A DNA stretch of 32,000 nt, taken from assembly GCA_046536775.1 (NCBI GenBank), contig JAWDMD010000001.1, positions 67,928 to 99,927 of the forward strand, in the 5' to 3' direction. Positions 18,190 to 25,665 of this stretch are shown here, in pieces; the stretch's first letter is position 1, and each line of letters starts with the position of its first letter. The translations under genes and the position numbers were made by a program. The stretch comes from Candidatus Nanopusillus sp. (lineage in GTDB: Archaea > Nanobdellota > Nanobdellia > Nanobdellales > Nanobdellaceae). A model generated the notes under the pieces. That model made no database searches. It saw nothing but the letters and a program-made list of their open reading frames with translations, and had not been told where the DNA came from.

Positions 18190-18200
18190 AAAAATTAAAA
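18190..18200 (-). promoter_or_regulatory. TATA-like element TTTTAATTTTT at -32..-22 from the tRNA-Arg 5' end
   Basis: Position measured from tRNA nucleotide +1 (18168). A near-identical element sits at about the same distance from tRNA-Pro. Confidence 0.4.
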
Positions 18201-18212
18201 TACTTAAGCCTA

Positions 18213-18262
18213 TCTGTATATCGATGTTTCATCATTTATCAGTAATGCCTTGCATCTTCATT
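18213..18262 (-). ncRNA. C/D-box-like sRNA (copy A)
   Basis: Minus strand reads A-AUGAAGA / UGCAAGGCAUUA (12) / CUGA / UAA / AUGAUGA / AACAUCGAUAUA (12) / CAGA. The same box sequences and spacing occur at 26249..26298, with different 12-nt spacers. Confidence 0.6.
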
Positions 18263-18392
18263 ATAAATATATAATATATAAATGAGATATTAAAATTATC
18301 ACAATATGTAAAATTTGTACTAAAATTACTGTTCAATAAAAAATTAACCAAGATTAATGAATTATGATCCATAATATATAAAAATCTCAACA

Positions 18393-18463
18393 TGGGACCG
18401 CGGGGATTTGAACCCCGATCACTGGGACCCAAACCCAGTAGCCTACCACTAGCCTACGGCCCC
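18393..18463 (-). tRNA. tRNA-Pro (anticodon UGG), 71 nt, no encoded CCA
   Basis: Acceptor GGGGCCG/CGGUCCC (one G.U), anticodon stem CUGGG/CCCAG with loop UUUGGGU (G37), 4-nt variable loop, T arm CGGGG-UUCAAAU-CCCCG, discriminator A. The D stem needs two G.U pairs. Confidence 0.85.
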
Positions 18464-18482
18464 TAAAAATAAAAGATTTTTC

Positions 18483-18494
18483 AAAAATTTAAAA
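18483..18494. promoter_or_regulatory. near-palindromic TATA-like element AAAAATTTAAAA between the divergent tRNA-Pro and rpl3 genes
   Basis: It lies at -31..-20 from the tRNA-Pro 5' end (18463). Its TTTAAAA core lies 25-31 nt upstream of the rpl3 ATG (18519). It sits roughly in the middle of a 55-nt spacer. Confidence 0.45.
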
Positions 18495-18518
18495 GGGTTT
18501 TTAACAACATATTAAAAA

Positions 18519-19496
18519 ATGCCACAGCATGGTAGACATCAGCCTAAAGCAGTATCTATGCAATTTTGGCCAAGAGTAAGAGCTAAAAGAGTCTATCCAA
18601 TAATCGAGAGTTGGCCCTCTATTAATAATACTCAACCAGTTGCATTTGCAGGATATAAGGTTGGTATGACGCATATTTTAACAAAGGAAGGAAAATATGT
18701 ATCTGTATCAATTATAGAAACACCTCCGTTAAAGGTTCTTGGAATTAGATTATATAAAAAAGATACAAACAAAGGATTTTTATCTTTAAAGGATATTATT
18801 TCGAATAATTTTGATGAACATGTTAAAAGAAAAATAAAAACATTAGAACCAAATGAAGATTTAGAGAAAGATATTCAAGATGCAGAACAAATATTAAATA
18901 AGATTTCATTAATAAAATTAATTGTATATACACAACCATGGTTAACAACAATTAAAAAGAAGAAACCAGAAATATTTGAAATTCCAATCGGAGGAAATAA
19001 TGTTAAAGAAATATTTGATTATGCAAAAAATTTGCTGGGAAATCAAATAAAAATAAACGATGTATTTAATGAGGGAGAATATATAGATATAATTGGAGTA
19101 ACAAAGGGAAAAGGATTCCAGGGGGAAGTAAAAAGATATAGAATAACAGTTCAATATAGGGAAGTAAAAAGAAGTAAATCTGTAAGACATGCAGGTGCTA
19201 GAGGGGCAAGAGGAATGAGAAGAGTATTCCCAACAACACCAATGCCAGGTCAATATGGATTCTTTAGAAGAACAGAATATAATAAATTAATAATAAAGAT
19301 TTCTGATAATTATAATGAAATAAACCCAAGTTCTGGCTGGCCACATTATGGAATTGTAAAGAATACATATGTAATGCTAAAAGGTTCGGTAATAGGATCA
19401 AAGAAAAGATTGTTAGTATTGAGAAAAGCAATAAGACCACCAAGGAATCCTGAAAAAATAGGCATAGAATATATATCTTCATTACCAAAGAACTAA
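18519..19496 (+). CDS. rpl3: ribosomal protein uL3
   Basis: The N-terminal RHQPKAVSMQFWPRVRAKR and FAGYKVGMTHI, GVTKGKGFQG, and HAGARGARG motifs are typical of archaeal L3. Confidence 0.92.
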   Translation: MPQHGRHQPKAVSMQFWPRVRAKRVYPIIESWPSINNTQPVAFAGYKVGMTHILTKEGKYVSVSIIETPPLKVLGIRLYKKDTNKGFLSLKDIISNNFDEHVKRKIKTLEPNEDLEKDIQDAEQILNKISLIKLIVYTQPWLTTIKKKKPEIFEIPIGGNNVKEIFDYAKNLLGNQIKINDVFNEGEYIDIIGVTKGKGFQGEVKRYRITVQYREVKRSKSVRHAGARGARGMRRVFPTTPMPGQYGFFRRTEYNKLIIKISDNYNEINPSSGWPHYGIVKNTYVMLKGSVIGSKKRLLVLRKAIRPPRNPEKIGIEYISSLPKN

Positions 19497-19497
19497 G

Positions 19498-19794
19498 ATG
19501 GAGGTAAAAATATATAGAGTTGAAGGATTAATATTTAAAACCAAAATTTTAAGAAATTTGAAGAAAAAGGAAGGAGTTTTAACAAAAAGGAAGGTTATTT
19601 ATAAATTTACAAAAGAATTATTGGGAATAAATGAAAATGATGTTTTAGAAAGGATATATTCATTATTTGGAAGTACATACAAAGTAAAAAGAAATAAAAT
19701 AAAAATATTAAAAATCGAAGAAATTAGTGAAAATGATGTAAAAGATAAGAATTTAAAGAAATTTATAGAATATATTAAAAATGGAAAATTCTGA
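19498..19794 (+). CDS. rplX: ribosomal protein eL20 (LX / L18Ae)
   Basis: MEVKIYRVEG..KFTKELLGINENDVLERIYSLFGSTYKVKRNKIKILKIEEI parallels archaeal LX (..FtKEv.A.neeeAlEkvYS.iGSrHkvKR..I.I.ev.EI). Starts 1 nt after the rpl3 stop. Confidence 0.75.
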   Translation: MEVKIYRVEGLIFKTKILRNLKKKEGVLTKRKVIYKFTKELLGINENDVLERIYSLFGSTYKVKRNKIKILKIEEISENDVKDKNLKKFIEYIKNGKF

Positions 19795-20116
19795 TGAACT
19801 ATTAGAATTTTTATATAATCAATTGGAAGATATACAAAATAAAATATTGGAATATGAATTGATAAAGAGTTTTATTAATGAACTGAAAAAACAAGAGGAT
19901 ACATATATAAATTTGGGGGGATTGATATTTGTTAGAGGATCGATAAAAGATGATCAAAATCTATTAATAAATATTGGAAGAAATATATTTACTGAAAAAA
20001 GTAAGGACGAAGTTTTAAAATTGATAGATGATATAATAAATAAATTAAATCAAGATTTAAATGAAATAAAAACAAAAATAGATGAGATATCTATGAAAAA
20101 AACTCCTCAACCCTAA
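19781..20116 (+). CDS. pfdA: prefoldin alpha subunit
   Basis: Coiled coil, two beta hairpins (YINLGGLIFVRGSIKDDQNLLINIGRNIFTEKSKDEV), then coiled coil. The conserved archaeal LX-pfdA neighbourhood supports the call. Overlaps rplX by 14 nt. Confidence 0.7.
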   Translation: MENSDELLEFLYNQLEDIQNKILEYELIKSFINELKKQEDTYINLGGLIFVRGSIKDDQNLLINIGRNIFTEKSKDEVLKLIDDIINKLNQDLNEIKTKIDEISMKKTPQP

Positions 20117-20726
20117 CAATTTCATGACCAGTAGAATATTTTCCAATTATTAAATATTCTTTATTAATTTCTATCCCATATCTTAAATATGGAATTCCAA
20201 AATTAATTGATCCTGTATCTAAAGTATAACCCGTAATTTCTTTTACTTTTTCTATTATTTTATCATTTAATTCCTGACTTATTAATAATTTATTATTATA
20301 TACTTTTGATATACTTCCAAAAAGATATTTTGTTTTTATCTTATATGCTGGTAAAGATAATTTTTCGGATATCTTCCTTGCATCTTCTTCCTTTCCATAA
20401 GAATAAACTATCCCATTTTTTCCAATTAAAAATATATTTCCCACTGTATTTTCTATAAAATCTATTTCAATTATATCAAAATAATTCTTTAATATTTCTC
20501 TTAATTCTTTGGGAGCATTAGAACTTATAATTATTCCATTATTATATTCTATAAAATATGGAGAAACAATTGGAGATTCTATATAATATTTTTTCATATC
20601 AATATTCATTCTTTCAACATTATTTTTTTCGCTTTTACTTGCTATAAGAAAATCTTCAAACATATGCATTACAATACCTATAGATGGTATACTAATGTAA
20701 TCTGCTTTTTTGACGATCATTATCAA
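20091..20726 (-). CDS. eif6: translation initiation factor 6 (aIF6)
   Basis: Pentein-like repeats. The C-terminal DTGSINFGIPYLRYGIEINKEYLIIGKYSTGHEIVRVEEFF matches the aIF6 end (gTvNrG...vG.g...N..g.lvG..TtG.El.rIe..f). aIF6 commonly neighbours LX/pfdA in archaea. Confidence 0.75.
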   Translation of the reverse strand: MIMIVKKADYISIPSIGIVMHMFEDFLIASKSEKNNVERMNIDMKKYYIESPIVSPYFIEYNNGIIISSNAPKELREILKNYFDIIEIDFIENTVGNIFLIGKNGIVYSYGKEEDARKISEKLSLPAYKIKTKYLFGSISKVYNNKLLISQELNDKIIEKVKEITGYTLDTGSINFGIPYLRYGIEINKEYLIIGKYSTGHEIVRVEEFFS

Positions 20727-20783
20727 TAATGATTATCAAGAATAGTTATAAAACTTATATATTTCAGGATATTTAGAATTTGT

Positions 20784-21518
20784 ATGAATATATTTTCGGA
20801 CATATTTAGAAAAAAGAATAATGATAAAAATGTCCAAAATACTAATGTTATACCACAACAAAATACTATAAATCAAAATTATACATCAGAAATAAAGAAT
20901 GTTGTTAGCTCTATCGAAGGTTTAGCTAAAAGTGTAAGAGAATTAGAAAATAAAGTATCTGAGATTTCAAGTAGTACTTCAAATATTAGTTCTACAATAG
21001 AAAGTCATCAAAATGAGATAAATAGTATTAAAAATAACTTAGAAAAAGTTTTTTCCATATATGAAATGTTAATAAAAAATTATAATCCCTTTGTAGAAGA
21101 AGAAAAAAAGGAAGAACCAACTGTTCAGGTTATAAATGAAAATACAGTAGAAAATCCAGAAAATAATATATTACCATTAAGTAAACTTGATGATAATCCA
21201 ACCATTTCCTCAATTATAATTGGTTGGTTAGCATATTTGGTTAAAAAATCAAATATAGAGGAAGTAGATGATGCATTAGATTATTATGAATCAATTAATT
21301 GGATAACTGAAAAAGTAAAAATAAAATTAAAGGAATATTTAAATGGATTGAAGAGTGTTGAAGGAGAGAACAAAAGATTATTACCAATGGATCATATATT
21401 AAGTTTATATATAATATCAAAATTGGCACAAATAAGTAGTTCAAATAATATAGAAAGGTTAAAAGATTTATATGATGAGCTAATTCAAAAAGGATATATA
21501 TCGCCAATAAAAAGATGA
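20784..21518 (+). CDS. arlCDE: archaellum protein ArlC-ArlD/E fusion (FlaC/D/E)
   Basis: N-terminal coiled coil ending in VFSIYEMLIKNYNPF (FlaC_arch lYE....NPF). C-terminal IIGWLAYLVKKSNIEEVDDALDYYESINWITEKV matches the FlaD/E domain (leWl.fLv...G......al.YYe.igWIse.v). Confidence 0.75.
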   Translation: MNIFSDIFRKKNNDKNVQNTNVIPQQNTINQNYTSEIKNVVSSIEGLAKSVRELENKVSEISSSTSNISSTIESHQNEINSIKNNLEKVFSIYEMLIKNYNPFVEEEKKEEPTVQVINENTVENPENNILPLSKLDDNPTISSIIIGWLAYLVKKSNIEEVDDALDYYESINWITEKVKIKLKEYLNGLKSVEGENKRLLPMDHILSLYIISKLAQISSSNNIERLKDLYDELIQKGYISPIKR

Positions 21519-21901
21519 TAAAGGAATTATTATATTTATTTATTCTATTTATAGCCGGATATCTGGTATTAAGTACATTTTTCAACTTTTACTCTTCAGC
21601 AGGAAAAATAATTGCAAATGATGTATCAAATATAACAACTCCAACATATGAAAGTCAGGTAAATTATATAATAAATCATTATAATTCTGGTAATTATTCA
21701 ATACTATATTTGGTACAAAATATAAATCCATCAAATTGCATAAATAGTATAGATATTGGAAATACAGTGGTTAACTTTACATATAAAGTACTAAATCAAT
21801 ATACAGTAGAATTAAATATAAGTTATCCAGTAAATGCTGGTGATAATTTAACATTAACATTCTGTAATGGCCAATCTTCTTTATATTATATCGGTCAATA
21901 A
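21515..21901 (+). CDS. ArlF/ArlG (FlaF/FlaG)-like archaellum stator-type protein
   Basis: N-terminal hydrophobic anchor (LLYLFILFIAGYLVLSTFF) plus a small beta-rich domain. Its position between arlCDE and arlH, with a 4-nt ATGA overlap upstream and a 1-nt overlap downstream, supports the call. Confidence 0.45.
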   Translation: MIKELLYLFILFIAGYLVLSTFFNFYSSAGKIIANDVSNITTPTYESQVNYIINHYNSGNYSILYLVQNINPSNCINSIDIGNTVVNFTYKVLNQYTVELNISYPVNAGDNLTLTFCNGQSSLYYIGQ

Positions 21902-22605
21902 TGGTAGAATATATTAATATTTATCTGGATAGGGATGAATTTTCAAATAGGATCGGAGGAGGAATTCCAAAAGGTAGCATATTTATAATTGAAGGAGAAA
22001 ATGGAACTGGAAAGAGTATAGTATGTCAAAGAATACTACATGGAGCCTTATCAAATAATCATACTGCAACATATATTTCTACAGAATTATCTGTTGTAGA
22101 TTTTATTAAGCAAATGGAATCTTTGGGTTATGATATAAAAGATTATTTACTAAATCAAAAATTATTATTTATACCAACATTGAATTTATTTAATAGAATA
22201 AAGGAAAAAGAGAATTTAATATTTGAGTTAACAAAGGAAAGATCTAGAAAACTATTAGAAAATGATTTAATAATATTGGATTCTTTATCATATCCATTAA
22301 TAAATGGATTAGACAAAATGGATTCAATAAGATTAATTCAATTTTTAAGTAAAATAAAGAACTTGGACAAAACAATTATTTTAACATATAATCCTTCAGA
22401 GATAAATAGATTTTTTGTAAAAAATATAAGGAGAATTGCAGATATATACTTTAATTTAAGATTTTCTTCTATTGGAGAATCCTCATTATTAAAAATAATA
22501 GAAGTAAAAAGATTTAGATATCCAATGGGAATATATAATACATTAATACCATTCAGGGTAGAGCCAAATATAGGGCTAATAATCGAAATATCTTCATATG
22601 TATAA
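21901..22605 (+). CDS. arlH: archaellum ATP-binding protein ArlH (FlaH), RecA/KaiC-like
   Basis: GGGIPKGSIFIIEGENGTGKS Walker A and LIILDSLS Walker B-like strand. About 230 aa, and positioned immediately before arlI. Confidence 0.85.
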   Translation: MVEYINIYLDRDEFSNRIGGGIPKGSIFIIEGENGTGKSIVCQRILHGALSNNHTATYISTELSVVDFIKQMESLGYDIKDYLLNQKLLFIPTLNLFNRIKEKENLIFELTKERSRKLLENDLIILDSLSYPLINGLDKMDSIRLIQFLSKIKNLDKTIILTYNPSEINRFFVKNIRRIADIYFNLRFSSIGESSLLKIIEVKRFRYPMGIYNTLIPFRVEPNIGLIIEISSYV

Positions 22606-24281
22606 TGCCTGAGCAGATACAAGAAACAAAACAGGAATATGTAATAAAAAAAGAAAATACAAAAGTAATAACTAATGATATAACTACATCATTTGATGAA
22701 GCATTAAATAAATATGAGCATCTTAGAAATTATGTTAATGAAATATCATTAAAAATTGGACCTCCTGAATGGATGACGTCCTTAGATTTTTCTCTAAAAT
22801 CTAGAACTGAATTTAATATTTTATATCCTGTTGGGGATCCAATATTTGTTCATATATATAAATTACCCTCTGGAGAAGCATTATATAATGTAATAGAACC
22901 AGAATTAAATGATAACGAAAAGAAAAAATTAGATCAAATACAAACAAAAATTGTTAAATATGCAATAGAAGATATTAACTTTAATAATGCCGAAGAAGTA
23001 AGAAGATATATAGTTGATCTATTTAATAAAGTTATTGATTTTCAGAGAAGAAAACTATTTTCTGATAAGGTATATATAAAAAATCAAGAAGAATATGATA
23101 AATTATTATATTTCTTAATTAGAGAAAGATTTGGTTATGGATTTTTAGAACCATTTTTAAGAGATCCATATTTAGAAGATATCCATATATTGGGCCTAGG
23201 TCCAATATATACTGTACATAAAATATTTGGGATGCTTAAAACAAATAGAGAATTTAAAAATGAGGAAGATTTAAATAAATATATAATTAAATATTCACAA
23301 ATAGTTGATAGACCAGCATCAGAAACAAGACCATTAATCGATGCAATATTACCAGATGGATCAAGAGTTAGTTTTGTATATGGTAAAGATATATCTTTAC
23401 ATGGATCTTCATTTACAATAAGAAAATTCTCTGCAAAACCATTAAGTGTAACTCAATTAATTTCATTTGGTACGATTTCTCCAGAAGAGGCTGCTTATTT
23501 ATGGTTAGCAATTGAAAATGGAATGAACATAGTAATATCTGGAGAAACTGCATCAGGAAAAACTACATTATTAAACGCATTGGCTACGTTTATTAAACCT
23601 GATGCAAAGGTTTATTCTGTAGAAGATACACCTGAATTAAATATACCACATAACATATGGCAAAGATTGATTACAAGAGAAGTTGGAAAATCTGCAGATG
23701 TATCTATGTATGATCTATTAAAAGCCGCATTAAGATCTAGACCAAATTATATATTGATAGGTGAGATAAGAGGTAAAGAAGGATATGTAGCATTCCAGGC
23801 GATGCAGACAGGTCATCCAGTTATGACAACAGTCCACTCAGGTAATATAACTTCGTTAATCGAAAGATTAACTGGAGAACCAATAAATATTCCAATTACA
23901 TTCATAGATAACTTAAATATCGCTGTATTTACAACATCTGTATCAATAAAAGGAAAATATGAGAGAAGAATAACAAATATATATGAAATAGAAAAGTATA
24001 TTGCAGAATTAAAGAAAGTGGCTGTTAGGGATGTATTTACATGGAATTCTGTACAGGATAAACATATGTTTGTTGGAAAATATAATAGTTATATATTGGA
24101 AAGAAAAATTGCACCCTTAATGAAAATTGATGATAAAAGAAAGATATATCAAATATTAGATTATAGGAGCAGAATATTAAAAAAGATGGTCGAAAATGAA
24201 ATATTTGATTTCTTTGAAGTATGGGAAGTATTAAAGAATTTCTATATAAATGGACCTTCATCATTACCATTTTCAGTATAA
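22605..24281 (+). CDS. arlI: archaellum assembly/motor ATPase ArlI (FlaI), type II/IV secretion ATPase family
   Basis: ISGETASGKTTLLNAL Walker A, RPNYILIGEIRGKE Walker B/Asp box, and AFQAMQTGHPVMTTVHS His box. Confidence 0.92.
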   Translation: MPEQIQETKQEYVIKKENTKVITNDITTSFDEALNKYEHLRNYVNEISLKIGPPEWMTSLDFSLKSRTEFNILYPVGDPIFVHIYKLPSGEALYNVIEPELNDNEKKKLDQIQTKIVKYAIEDINFNNAEEVRRYIVDLFNKVIDFQRRKLFSDKVYIKNQEEYDKLLYFLIRERFGYGFLEPFLRDPYLEDIHILGLGPIYTVHKIFGMLKTNREFKNEEDLNKYIIKYSQIVDRPASETRPLIDAILPDGSRVSFVYGKDISLHGSSFTIRKFSAKPLSVTQLISFGTISPEEAAYLWLAIENGMNIVISGETASGKTTLLNALATFIKPDAKVYSVEDTPELNIPHNIWQRLITREVGKSADVSMYDLLKAALRSRPNYILIGEIRGKEGYVAFQAMQTGHPVMTTVHSGNITSLIERLTGEPINIPITFIDNLNIAVFTTSVSIKGKYERRITNIYEIEKYIAELKKVAVRDVFTWNSVQDKHMFVGKYNSYILERKIAPLMKIDDKRKIYQILDYRSRILKKMVENEIFDFFEVWEVLKNFYINGPSSLPFSV

Positions 24282-24356
24282 TTAATAAACTTTTCTTGAA
24301 ATTAATTTAATTATGGATCGGTATTAAAAAGGCAAAAATTTTTGTTATAAATAATT

Positions 24357-25631
24357 ATGATGGATAAAGATATTATAAAATTACTTTTATGGAAAAAGCC
24401 AGCAATAGAAGTATTAAATGAAGAAAAAGCAAATAAAATAGATAATTTTAGGCATTATATAGGATATGAAATATCTGGATATGTTCATTTAGGTACTGCG
24501 GTTGTATCTGGATATAAATTAATTGATTTCATGAATTTCGCAGAAACAGAAGTATTTTTAGCAGACTGGCATTCAGTAATAAATAATAAATTGAGTGGTG
24601 ATCAAGAAATAATTAAAAGAATTGGAAAAGGATATTTTACTGAAGCAATGAAACAAACAATAAAATCATTAGGTGGTGATCCAGATAAAATAAAATTTGT
24701 TCTAGCATCAGAAATATATAATAATGATTATTGGGCAGAGGTAATTAAAATTGGAAAAAATACCACATTAAATAGGGTACTAAGATCTATTACAGTTATG
24801 GGAAGAAAATACGAAGAATCCATGCCATCTTCAAATTTAATATATCCATTAATGCAAGCTGCAGATATAATATTTCAAAAGATAAATATTGCACATGCTG
24901 GAATTGATCAAAGAAAGGCGCATGTAATTACAATTGAATATGCTGATAAAATAAATTATAATTTAATTGCAGTACATCATCAATTAATAACAAATCTACA
25001 ATTACCATATGAAACATTTCAAAAATTAAAATCTGGAAATATAAAAGAAGCTAAGGAAGAATTATCTGAATTAAAAATGTCTAAATCCATACCAGGTTCT
25101 GCAATATTTGTTCATGACAGTCCTTCAGAAGTTATTGATAAAATAAATAAAGCATTTTGTCCTCAAAAAGAATTGGAATTTAATCCTATATGGGAAATCA
25201 TTGAATATTTAATATTTAGAGATCAGGAAGGTTATGGGGTAATAAAATATTTATATGATAATAATTCATACAAAATAGAAAATATTGACAAAATAAACTA
25301 TGATATATATGAAGAATTAAAGAATAATAATAAGATAAATTGGAATGAAGTATATAAAATAATTGATAAAGAATCTAATGACTTATATAAGTATTCATAC
25401 AAAGATATTGAATTTGAAATAATTAATGAAAAAACTGGAGAAAGAAAGGTATATAATAATTTATGGGATTTGAGAAAAGATTGGATTGAAGGAAAAATAC
25501 ATCCAATGGATTTAAAGAAAGCTGTTGGAAAATGGTTGGCAAATAAACTAGAACCTGTATATAAATATTTTACTGAAGGACCTGGTAAGAAATATAAAGA
25601 AGAATTAGATTCTGTTAAGATCACAAGGTAG
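24357..25631 (+). CDS. tyrS: tyrosyl-tRNA synthetase (archaeal type, with insertions)
   Basis: Collinear with archaeal TyrRS: YIGYEISGYVHLGT (YIGFEPSGKIHLGH), FLADWHS (LLADLHA), YPLMQAADI (YPIMQVNDI), GIDQRKAHV, KMSKS, FVHDSPSEVIDKINKAFCP, IHPMDLKKAV..LEPV. Confidence 0.88.
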   Translation: MMDKDIIKLLLWKKPAIEVLNEEKANKIDNFRHYIGYEISGYVHLGTAVVSGYKLIDFMNFAETEVFLADWHSVINNKLSGDQEIIKRIGKGYFTEAMKQTIKSLGGDPDKIKFVLASEIYNNDYWAEVIKIGKNTTLNRVLRSITVMGRKYEESMPSSNLIYPLMQAADIIFQKINIAHAGIDQRKAHVITIEYADKINYNLIAVHHQLITNLQLPYETFQKLKSGNIKEAKEELSELKMSKSIPGSAIFVHDSPSEVIDKINKAFCPQKELEFNPIWEIIEYLIFRDQEGYGVIKYLYDNNSYKIENIDKINYDIYEELKNNNKINWNEVYKIIDKESNDLYKYSYKDIEFEIINEKTGERKVYNNLWDLRKDWIEGKIHPMDLKKAVGKWLANKLEPVYKYFTEGPGKKYKEELDSVKITR

Positions 25632-25665
25632 TTCCTTTTATAAGTTTTTTTATCAATGATAATTT

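Noticed and set aside
18232-18432. Track ORF (66 aa, minus strand) beginning MGPSDRGSNPRGP
   Set aside because: Its N-terminus is a translation of the tRNA-Pro gene body, and the rest runs through AT-rich spacer and sRNA copy A. It is an artefact of the GC-rich tRNA.
18942-19488. Minus-strand track ORFs 18942..19253 and 19264..19488
   Set aside because: They are antisense to the rpl3 gene.
21295-25624. Minus-strand track ORFs 21295..21585, 22338..22622, 24037..24270 and 25298..25624
   Set aside because: They are antisense shadows of arlCDE/arlF-G, arlH, arlI and tyrS respectively.
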